From: Mayamaea pseudoterrestris
Lineage: Eukaryota
NCBI GenBank assembly: GCA_027923505.1
Contig: BROI01000019.1
Coordinates: 620,001-684,000, forward strand
Length of the DNA stretch: 64,000 bases
Direction of reading: 5' to 3'
Positions 52,025 through 61,886 of this stretch are shown here, in pieces. A program made the translations under genes and the position numbers. Each line of letters starts with the position of its first letter. Position 1 is the first letter of the stretch. The notes beneath the pieces are model-generated. The model saw nothing but the letters and a program-made list of their open reading frames with translations. It was not told the origin of the DNA and searched no databases.

Positions 52025-53710
52025 CTACATGGCACTTTGGTTATTCTGTTTGCGGCGCATGGCCAACAAGCGACGAATCTTGGACGTATTGGACCGTTGA
52101 CTATCCGGACCCGATTCATCGCCGTCTGATGCTGCTAGGAATGATGGCGTGAGGAGAATATCGCCCGACGGAGCTGGTGCTATTTCATTGGGCGATGCGT
52201 CGGCTCGGTCCGCGGCGTCAGTGCTTCCATTACCCAGCCAGGCACCGAAACCACCCAAGAGACGATCCGAGCTATGTCGGCGCGTTTGTATGTCACTCTC
52301 GGATGATCGAGAAACATGTTTCGATTTTCGTCCCTTCGGCTTTGCGTCATACTCATTGTCGAATTGTTCATTGTCATTGTAGTCATACTCTGCCAAGCCA
52401 TCTGGTGCTTGGACCTCAATGTTACTCCTTGCGCTTGCAAATGAGGGCGATCTATCCAGTGCAGCTGGAGGGCTTGGAGGAGCCTCGGCTGCCACGGGTA
52501 GTGACCTGGATCTCGTCTTCACCCAGTCCTCCTGTGCCATTGGTGCAAGCGAAATATTCTTGCGCGCCGCTTCCGACTTTGATGATCGGACTGACTTGCT
52601 TACTTTGACGCGATCTTGCCCATCAGCGACGTCGTCGTTCTTTGATCTCCTCTTGCTCCTCGTGGACTTGTCGTCTTTTGGCGATTTAGGAGCGACTGCT
52701 TTCTTCTCTCGAGGCGACTTTTCGCTTGATTTTGGTGACTTTGTTCGCGACTTTGGTGACTTGGTTCTGGACGATTTCGGTGACTTGGCCCCACGTGACT
52801 TGCGCTTCTTTACAAACCTATATCCAAGCGGTATCGGGTAAGATTTGGATCCCTGGTGAAGCAGTAGCGCGGCAGCAAGGAGGAAAACAGCTCCAACTCC
52901 CATCATAATTGACCCCTGTCGAATGTCACGCCGATGTGAACCGCTCATGTAGGTCACCCTCGAAAGATCACGTTCGTAAGCAGTCTTCTTTCCGTACGGG
53001 TCTGGGCAAGCTCCGATAGAGTCTTCTAGGAAGCAGGCTTTACTATAAGACAATATAGTCGGCGCAGAATCTCCTGCCGAGTAAATTTTGGCACATTGTG
53101 CCTCGTCCTTGAGGAGCGTGTTAAAGTCGGCCAATGCAGATGGAATCCAAGCCGTCTTCGCATTTTCGGGGATGCATTGTCCACCATTGTAATCAGTGAC
53201 GACAAAGGTTGAACTACCGGAATGGTCTGAACAGGCGAGTCCAACGCCATTCTCGCATTCTGTCGAATATTGCGTACCAGTGTTTGAAATGCCAGCTGAA
53301 GCCAAAGTATTTGCAAAGACAGGAAAGCCTGACGTAGTGTAGAATGAGTTTATGTACGTCCTCTTGTTGCAGCCAGAGAGCCGATCCCCTTCCAATACTC
53401 CGTAAAGACTGTACGCAACGTTCGCCCCCGATGACGGCATGGCATTCAAATACCAATAGTCGTTCTCGTCCACGTTCCCTGCCCTTGAATTGGAAACAAA
53501 GGGACTCCATGCGCATGAATGGAACTGAACATAAAGCTCCGCGAATTGATCAATGTCTTGGAGAACGTTGGACGCGTCGTTCCAATACATGTTGCGCCTC
53601 ACATTCGGATTCACAACGCCATTTGGGTAATATGTATCATCCTTATTACCCAACGCGCTCTTCAGAATCGCAACTAGCACAAACACTTGCCGCATTAACG
53701 AAGATAGCAT
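52025..53710 (-). CDS. Signal-peptide, Cys-rich single-TM protein with (KSP)n cytosolic tail; paralogue of 58619 gene
   Basis: Signal peptide, conserved luminal domain (YYPNG.VNP...LYVQFHSCAWS...ACPDPYG), TM helix and KSPK repeats. Confidence 0.8.
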   Translation of the reverse strand: MLSSLMRQVFVLVAILKSALGNKDDTYYPNGVVNPNVRRNMYWNDASNVLQDIDQFAELYVQFHSCAWSPFVSNSRAGNVDENDYWYLNAMPSSGANVAYSLYGVLEGDRLSGCNKRTYINSFYTTSGFPVFANTLASAGISNTGTQYSTECENGVGLACSDHSGSSTFVVTDYNGGQCIPENAKTAWIPSALADFNTLLKDEAQCAKIYSAGDSAPTILSYSKACFLEDSIGACPDPYGKKTAYERDLSRVTYMSGSHRRDIRQGSIMMGVGAVFLLAAALLLHQGSKSYPIPLGYRFVKKRKSRGAKSPKSSRTKSPKSRTKSPKSSEKSPREKKAVAPKSPKDDKSTRSKRRSKNDDVADGQDRVKVSKSVRSSKSEAARKNISLAPMAQEDWVKTRSRSLPVAAEAPPSPPAALDRSPSFASARSNIEVQAPDGLAEYDYNDNEQFDNEYDAKPKGRKSKHVSRSSESDIQTRRHSSDRLLGGFGAWLGNGSTDAADRADASPNEIAPAPSGDILLTPSFLAASDGDESGPDSQRSNTSKIRRLLAMRRKQNNQSAM

Positions 53711-54214
53711 GCTCAGATGTGCAATAGCTTGAGGTTCTGTTGCCAAACTGAAAGCTTGCTGCCGATGTTTTTCCGTTTCTCAGATGTATAAGAAGGCATG
53801 GAGCGAGCTTCGAGGTCGGCCCTGCGTGCGTTGAAACCGCCGCGGGTGCGTTCACGTGTATTCATCCATCTTTCACATCGTATCCAATTTGGTTACTTAC
53901 AAAAGATCGAGCCGAAAGAGCAAAGGTTCGTCTAAGTAACTTTTGAAACCGAAATTGTTCGACGAGTAATACTTAACGCGACGGTTATTTTCGCGCCTGC
54001 ATGCCTCGCTGCCTCCGAGGTGAAAGTCCTCACCATGCCAAAACACAGACTACGACGAGACTCTCGCATTCCATCGAGCACTTTACCGTCCTGGTCGGTT
54101 GAAAGCGTCTGCGTATCAGTATCAAGAAGCGTTTAGTTAATAATTTGAACTTTGACCTGCCGAGCCAAACAACTCATAGTCAGTTTCGAAAAAGCCAGGC
54201 AAACAATTTGCACA

Positions 54215-55687
54215 ATGGTTAGACCGACAGCAATCATCCTGCTTCTTGGCCTGCTGTTCACTTCCTTTGAAGCAGATGCTGCAGAGGTGCATTCCGATCA
54301 CGAGGCAAATGATAATGAGGGTCAATGGATTACGCTGGATCGCGGTGTCGAGTTTCAGCCAAACGAACTAGAAGCCTCGAGTAATCCAAGCTTACGATTA
54401 GCGCAACATCGATTTCTTAGTTCAGCGAACAAGAGTCCTTTCGCAGCACAAGACGAATACTACCCGGCATACGCACAAGCATGGCGAATGCTTGGATTCT
54501 TTGTCGACTGCGAGGACTCTGCGGAAGAAGGAAGCCGTGACCATCGTGAGCTCAATGGCGACAAAACGGCAACATGTCAACGCTACCTCATGTGGGCCTC
54601 CTACGTCGATTTGAACTACGTTGGAGGCGGCATTGGGGAATACAAATTTTGGGATGCGGAAACAAGCTCATGGGATGCAACGACGTGCGAGCAACATGGC
54701 GGCGACCGATGCGCCAAGATGGACTGCCATGATCCTAGTACGAGCACTTGGACTTTGCTCGGAATTTACAAGGAGGCATTCTACGCGTCTGAATGGTTCG
54801 AACAACTATTCAAGCATGCGGGATACTGCAACTGGTCAAACGATGTATATGAATTCATGAAAGATCGCTACGACGACTGGCCAGAAGGTTGCGAAGATAC
54901 CGACGCGACGGACGAGAATGGAAACAGTCTTTACCTTGACTTGAAACCATCGGCTGGCGGAAACTTGACCCTTGCACTTTATACTGACGATATTTGCAAG
55001 ACAGAGTACATGGGCAACTATGTCACAGTCGAGGATGCAGCAGGGGACGAGTTTGTCACTGGAAGCAACCTTGAACTGTTCAATGATGCGATGGAATACT
55101 ACAAGGTAAGCTTCGGGACGTGGAGGGGATTAGCAATCCTGATCATCGTATTGACTAACCTACATCCCATCTTTGCACGTTTGCAGTACTGCAATCCATG
55201 TCGCGCAGCGAATCGCAAGACCTCTGACGAAAATGAACGCGGTGGCAAAGTACGCGCACTGGGCCAAGGCTACGATGATGACCAAGAGGATCCCAACGAC
55301 GGGTACTGGAAGTGCTCCGATGCAGCCGGCTACACAAATGTAAACCAGTGTATGAAGTTCCGAACGCATACTACCTTCAGGGTGGCTTCCATGTTTGACC
55401 TACAAACTGCTACGATGCAGGGAGGCATTGTAGAGGTTGCAGTCGGACAACATAGCTACGGCGCTGCTTGGAACCCAAAACAAGCCGACGCCACAGAAGA
55501 ATCCTCGTCTGTTATGCAAGCTGCAGCAGTGATATCTCGCGCTGTTCCAAATACCGGAAGAATTTTGATTATTACTGGAAGCATCTTTTTGGTTTGCGGG
55601 TTTGCTGCGCTGGTTGCGGCTATCCGTTGGGTGAGACAGCGGCGTCAGCGATTTCTGCAGGTACACTTGACCGAGCCGCTCATGTAA
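54215..55687 (+). CDS. Signal-peptide, acidic Cys-rich single-TM protein with RXL motifs; in-frame intron 55106-55186
   Basis: Signal peptide, RFL/REL/RAL motifs, many Cys and C-terminal TM + basic tail. A gtaag...tgcag intron removes a hydrophobic insert. Confidence 0.8.
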   Translation: MVRPTAIILLLGLLFTSFEADAAEVHSDHEANDNEGQWITLDRGVEFQPNELEASSNPSLRLAQHRFLSSANKSPFAAQDEYYPAYAQAWRMLGFFVDCEDSAEEGSRDHRELNGDKTATCQRYLMWASYVDLNYVGGGIGEYKFWDAETSSWDATTCEQHGGDRCAKMDCHDPSTSTWTLLGIYKEAFYASEWFEQLFKHAGYCNWSNDVYEFMKDRYDDWPEGCEDTDATDENGNSLYLDLKPSAGGNLTLALYTDDICKTEYMGNYVTVEDAAGDEFVTGSNLELFNDAMEYYKVSFGTWRGLAILIIVLTNLHPIFARLQYCNPCRAANRKTSDENERGGKVRALGQGYDDDQEDPNDGYWKCSDAAGYTNVNQCMKFRTHTTFRVASMFDLQTATMQGGIVEVAVGQHSYGAAWNPKQADATEESSSVMQAAAVISRAVPNTGRILIITGSIFLVCGFAALVAAIRWVRQRRQRFLQVHLTEPLM

Positions 55688-56560
55688 AGACTACCGCTCG
55701 ATAATGACAAAACTTTATTCATGTATACATGTCATCTCAGCTTTCTACATATGGCCTTTTCTACTTTGGTGCATCATCGCGTGAACTCGTCGCACTGTAG
55801 CTATTTGAGTGTATTGTCCAACGTAAACACTTTCGTACTTCTATCTTATACCCATGTTGCCGAAACAGACACAGTACATCACAGTGTTGCAATCTGCGTA
55901 TCTACCTTCCGGTAGCTGACTGTGAATTCGAAGTTGGCCATGATGATCTACGATCAGCCACTATAATGAATACGGAACGATGAATACTATTACGCAGAGA
56001 ATTACTCCGAAGTTGAAGTAAAAAATTCTATGAGGGCAATAGACGATGACCTTTTCGGGATCGATGATCGCCGATGTCCTCGTCATCGAATCATCGCAAC
56101 TTGAAGAAGGAAGTGACACGTCGATTTCAAACTGATCGAGTGACGGAGTCAGCAAACCAACAGGTTTTCTTCCGCAGGTCGCGTCTCGGTTGACTGTGAG
56201 TCAGGGCGATATGGCTGTGAATCAGACGTCGTCAGCGTCTTTACCGTATATGCATGCAGTTGCTGTCTCACAGCTGCAAAAGAAGTGAGCAACGACCCAC
56301 CATTGCTTGCTCAGACTCAGCTCCGCTCCAAGACCCCGTCAGCAAAGTGAATAGTATCATCGTACCAGTTCACAATATCGGCAAACCTGCTTTACGATCT
56401 ACTCTTAATCGATCAACTTGAACATCTGCATCAAACGGAAGCTTAAGCAAGCACCTCTGTGGTCAAGTTTTGCGGTGCATCCTTCGCTACACATTACACC
56501 TGTAGGCTCATCAGCGCCCAAGCCATTACGCTGATAGACCTGCTCGACACCTGTTCCTCC

Positions 56561-57955
56561 ATGACGGGTATGCGCATCATAAGCAACAACTCCAGGCATA
56601 CAACTTCAACAGAAACTTTTCGATCAGCTCTAGACTATGACGGCGAAGATTCTCTTTGTCGAGCGCTTCAGTCGCAGCTACATATTGATTCATCCGATTG
56701 GGTCCTTCCGTCAATCGATGAATCGCCTTGCTCCTTTACCGTGCAGGAGGAGGCCAAGAGACTGCATATACTGAAATCCTATCAAGTTCTGAATACGGAC
56801 AACGAAGAAGCGATTGACCAATTTGCAGAAGAGGTTCGCGCTTCCTTCGATGTTCCTTGGGCTTGCCTTTCGCTCGTCGACATGGGAAGGCAATATACCA
56901 AGGCCTTTGAGCGACAAGACATTGCCTTTCCGAAAGAGATTTCACGTCAAGATTCCTTTTGCTCTCGCACTATCTTACAAGACTCTTTACTCATTGTCAA
57001 GGATCTTTTACTCGACGACCGATTCAAAGACAGCAAGCTCGTAAAGGGCACTGGCCCTCTCTTTCGCTTTTACGCCGGCGCTCCCCTCGTCAGTCCTGAA
57101 GGAGCCAAGCTCGGTACTTTGTGCCTACTCGACAGGGATCCGCGTCCGCAAGGCCTCACAGCGCAAGAGCAAGAAACTCTTCTGAATCAAGCCAAGGAGA
57201 TGATGCAAATGCTAGTGGACCGACGGAACAAGCTTTCGACACAACGAAAGCGAAGTGAGTCGCCACCGCCAACGTCACCCCGATTGGAGCCAAGCGAAAA
57301 GAAGTGCTGCGAAATGTCATGCGACAGTGTGATTCCGCTTCCGCAATTAAACGTTCAGCTGCCAGACCCAGTCAAGTCGACGCTAAATCCAGACGAGTAT
57401 CTTTTGGCGCTCATTGAAGCCATGTATGGAGTCAAGCCGGTCGTCAAAGCCGCTTTGGAGCTTGTCGATTATTTTGATATCATCACGGAGGAGCAAATGG
57501 CAGCCTACAACATGGACGTTGTCACTGCCTGTCGCCAAAATGATGTGGAGAAGCTACAATCCTTTGTCGAAGCGTCCGGTCGAGACGTTCTCGACTGCTA
57601 CAATCGCTTCGGCGAGGGCTTGCTCAACATGGCATGTCGTCGCGGGTTCAAAGACATTGTCAAGTTTTTACTCAGCGACAAGGTGAAACTTTCGATTCGC
57701 ATTCGCGACGACTACGGCCGCACGCCCATGCATGATACGTGTTGGAACCCCGAGCCACAGACCGAGATTGTATCTTGGCTCATGGCGGTTGATCCGACAT
57801 TGTTTCTTGTGGCCGACAAGCGGGGGTTCACACCTTTCCAATACGCTCGTCAAAATGACTGGCCAGTTTGGCGACAGTTTTTGTTCAGCAACAGGGATCG
57901 TCTGTCTGGCCTGTTTGCTGATCCACGTGTTTTGAAGCAGTTTGTTTCACATTAG
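56561..57955 (+). CDS. GAF domain + ankyrin-repeat protein
   Basis: E..RL..L.SY..L, SFC..TIL, DDRF, RFYAGAPL...G.KLGTLCLLD (GAF). GEGLLNMACRRG, DDYGRTPMHD and DKRGFTP (ankyrin). Confidence 0.88.
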   Translation: MTGMRIISNNSRHTTSTETFRSALDYDGEDSLCRALQSQLHIDSSDWVLPSIDESPCSFTVQEEAKRLHILKSYQVLNTDNEEAIDQFAEEVRASFDVPWACLSLVDMGRQYTKAFERQDIAFPKEISRQDSFCSRTILQDSLLIVKDLLLDDRFKDSKLVKGTGPLFRFYAGAPLVSPEGAKLGTLCLLDRDPRPQGLTAQEQETLLNQAKEMMQMLVDRRNKLSTQRKRSESPPPTSPRLEPSEKKCCEMSCDSVIPLPQLNVQLPDPVKSTLNPDEYLLALIEAMYGVKPVVKAALELVDYFDIITEEQMAAYNMDVVTACRQNDVEKLQSFVEASGRDVLDCYNRFGEGLLNMACRRGFKDIVKFLLSDKVKLSIRIRDDYGRTPMHDTCWNPEPQTEIVSWLMAVDPTLFLVADKRGFTPFQYARQNDWPVWRQFLFSNRDRLSGLFADPRVLKQFVSH

Positions 57956-58053
57956 TGACCCTTGGTGGGGATGTTCAATTTGAGCATTTTAGTAGCCAAT
58001 TAGTAGAATTTATCATAGAGAACACTCAACTTTTAAATATTGTCTTACACCGG

Positions 58054-58255
58054 GAGTAGAGGCAAAACCTGTCCAGGGTGTGCCATTGACAGGAGCATGG
58101 TCTCAAATGGTGCAAAAAGGACTGCCTGGAAGCCTACAACATGGAATGGTCTACACGATGGGTAGGTATGGCCTGCACCCCAAGTTATGGATTCATACCA
58201 CTAGGATGCCCCATACCTCTGCCACTCAACGGCCCAATGAGTCAGGTAAAACATG
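58054..58255. repeat. Solo dispersed copy of satellite E monomer
   Basis: tgtccagggtgtgccattgaca...aaatggtgcaaaa.ggactgcc...catggaatggtct...taccacta...cccaatgagtcagg matches 6402-6578. Confidence 0.9.
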
Positions 58256-58618
58256 ATGGATACTGCAGTGCTACGGACAACCAACCTCTAGAATTAAATA
58301 CGCGGATCCTCATTACACACCGATAGGTAGATCCATGGCGCACCGGTACTAAAATCCTTTCAACCAATCATGCACTTGTCGACGTTGAACGCCATGGTCG
58401 GGCTTGTGGCCGAAAAATGAAGCACAAGCTCGAACTGGTCGGTACCAAGATCATGTAACCTTACAAAGTCCTATATGGACGCACCCGTGAGATTCTTTCG
58501 TTGCACGCAGGCCTGATGTCGACGAAAAAATTTGAAAAAGATCACAAGACGAATGACTCGCTTCATTTCTTTGTCGATCGCGAACCAATAACGCTTGCTT
58601 CTTTTATTGCTACTCGCA

Positions 58619-61600
58619 ATGACATTGAGTATGCTTTTGCTCAAATCCTTATGTGCTCTTTGCTCATTATGTCTTGTTTATTCGAGCAAGGACGATTCCT
58701 ACTACCCGTATGGACGAGTGAACCCAAACACCAAGCACCCCATGTACTGGCACGACGCTTCCAACATTCTTCAAGATCTGGACCAATTCTCGGAACTGTA
58801 CGTTCAGTTTCACTCTTGCGCTTGGAGTCCTCTTGATTTCAATGAGCAGCAGCAGGAGCAAGGCGAAAATATGGATGAGAACGACTACTGGTACATGAAC
58901 GCCATGCCGCAATCTGGACCAAACATTGCCTTTAGCCTCTACGGTTCCTTGAAGAAGGGAAGAAACTTTTCTGGCTGCAACAAGAGGACATATATTAATT
59001 CATTTTACACTACGGCGGGCTTTTCAGTCTTTGCAGATACATTGGCGTCGGCTGGCATTTCAAATGCTGGAACGGAATACTCTGCTACTTGCTCCAACAA
59101 TGCTCAGCTTGCCTGTCACGACAATTCAAAAAGCTCTTCGTTTGTATTGCTCAACTATAATGGCGACTGCGGCTCAAGCAGAGTCAAGAGTAAAACGATT
59201 CCGTCGGAACTGGCTGCCTTTAACTCAATGCTTGCAAACGAAGCGCAGTGTGCCAAAATTTACTCGTCGAGCGACTCTGCTGCGCCGACGCTGCTACAGT
59301 ATAGTCGATCATGCTCCCTGAATGACTTTGTCGGAGCTTGTCCCGATCCATATGGACGACGTTCGGCCATTGAGCGCGGATTCTTTGAGCTTACCACGCT
59401 GACAACCTACTATGAGCAGTCGATGCAAGGTTTCCTGCTGCTGGGCGCGGGCGCCGTAGTTTGGATATCTGCCGGAGCGCTCGTCTATTTCGAGTACCAT
59501 AAAACAAGAGGTTCCAACAAGAATACAGTGTTTGAACTACCGCGTCTGGGTAGAATAAAAAAGGAGAATGGCAGCGACGACGGAACAATGTCGGCGTCGA
59601 GTAGTGACGACAGTCGACGCAATGTTGACGACGCTTACCAATGCATGGATGCAGACGCAAATGACGATACGTCAGCCAATTCTGATGGTTACGAGATTAT
59701 CAAAGAGCCGTTGTCAGATGCCGTGTCTATCAAGAGCAGAGTGAGTGTCAAATCAAGAGACGATCCAATCAATCACCACACTGTCGAGAACGCCGAACCA
59801 CAGGCTGGTCAACGATTGCGTGCTTCGGGCAAGTCGCTGCCTCGCAACAAATGCGTAAATCAACAACCTTGGACCGAAAAGATACTGAATGCTGCAGCGA
59901 TGGACTTGACACATACTGATGTCGCATCAGTCTTGACGCATAGTGAAAAGGTTTTGTCGTTGAAATGTGACTCCGACGAGTGCGCCGATGGGACCATAGA
60001 AATGCTGCTCAGACGCGAGGTGGATATGTCGACGAGCGACGCGGCCCGTGGCAATGTTCCTCTCGCAAATTTGTATGGCATTCATCAGTCTTGCAGTGAA
60101 CATGACTCGTCAAGTTCGTATTCATCCTCATCCTCCAAGTCCAACGATGACTGGTCGGAAGTTTCAGAACCCGTTTGTGAAGAATCGTTGTGTGCAGAAG
60201 ATGCAAGTTCAGTCAGCAGTCTTGCTACTAGTACTAGGACTCCAAACCGACCCGATCTCAAGAGCGACAGCTGGTATAAATCGACTGGTGCGATCCAGAC
60301 ATCTTTAGCCATTGTTAATGTGTCGGCTTCTTATGTATCTGGTGTCATTGGTCGTGTGCTACTTCAGACAGAGCCGGAGGTTGCGGCAGAGGAGACTATT
60401 ATCAATTCACACGATGCCGATCGGTCGATGGATCAAGTCGCCTTGTCAGACAACGAAACTTCAATGGTAGTGGCACATAATCCAAGTGACGAGTCCTCTC
60501 GGAATGTTATGGAAGGTGTCAGAACTAGTCGTAGTGAGAGCAGTACGTCGACTCACATATCAATCGACAGTGGTGACGGGGTTTGTATTTGTAGCCCAGC
60601 CTCAGCGGGTAACTTTACATCTGGCGCAGGCAAAAATGGAGTGGACAAGCTTGTTTGTCGTAAGGTATCTGCCGATATTGGATCTCCTGCACGCCTGATT
60701 TTGACGGCAGACTCAAGTGGCGACATGACAAACAGAACAACAGCCGCAATGCCGGAACCGTCGCCGTTGGAACGTTCGATAAGGCTTGTGAATGGCCATG
60801 CAGGTAGCATCATGCTTCAATTCACGCTGATGAATGATACAGTTGAAACTGCGATCGCTGAATCTCGGGCGTTAGTGGATCTCGATGCTGGCCAAACTTC
60901 GACTGAATTAAATGAAGCTGAAATTTCAAGCTCGTCAGCTCGCATAGAATGTGAAAGTCTTCGATGCGGGCGAGACAGTTCCAATTGCCGTACAAGTACA
61001 TGGTAAAGCCTAACAATCTTATCTTCCTCTATCGTCGACTGCAACAACTAATTGTGGTAGGTTAAAGTCGGAATCCTTGATGCTTGACAGCATCGCAAGT
61101 GCTCATAGAACTTCCGGTCGCCATTCAACACCAAATGTCGATTCTTTCGGTTTCCCGCTAGACCTACCGCCAATCGAACGTCTCAATCCAGTCGTTGACA
61201 AAATCACGGAGAGGAAGTCGCAAAATTCCTCGCGCGGCATAAACCTAGCTGCATCTGTTGCTGATGTTAGAGGCGAACGGAGAACAGTCAAAAAGGGGGT
61301 TTCCCACAATGAGCGATCCGAAGGAAATGATGCTGCCTTAGGCGTGTCCAAACGGACGAAGAAGGATTCGCTTGACGACATTGCTGTGGAATCACTCTCC
61401 AGAAACTTCCTTCGCTGCGTCCCATTTTTCTTGAGCAGCAAAGACGCCCCAGGTATCGAAACATTACCTGCGCTAACAGTAAACGACGAGGGAAGTAAGC
61501 TCCGCGCGGCCACATTTCAGCGTATCAAAAAGGGAAAACACATAGTACATCAATCGGCACCATCTTATGATTATCAAGATATGGATGGTGCAGTGGAACA

Positions 61601-61727
61601 GCAGCCGAACGACACAGTGGTGCGAAAACTTGATAGGTCTCTCGATCGCCGCAGAAATAGGCATCGCCGAAAGGTAAATTTGCTGTCAAAGTGGCGTGAC
61701 AATGACGACCCGTCCGCTCTAGTTTGA
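58619..61727 (+). CDS. Signal-peptide Cys-rich single-TM protein with long Ser/Asp-rich tail; probable intron 61003-61060
   Basis: N-terminal ~300 aa clearly paralogous to 52025-53710. A GT..ctaat..AG intron of 58 nt joins the 61077-61727 ORF in frame (inferred). Confidence 0.72.
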
Positions 61728-61886
61728 AACATCAAACGATTTCTAAATTAACAGCGTTAAATAAATTTAAGAGTCGTAGCTGTGCATACGTACAAACCTC
61801 TTAATGCCGCTAGTCAAGTCTACCAGGGTACGGTATGCGTGCTGTCACCGGTGCATTAGTGTACCGAAGTTGTGTTACACAGAGGA

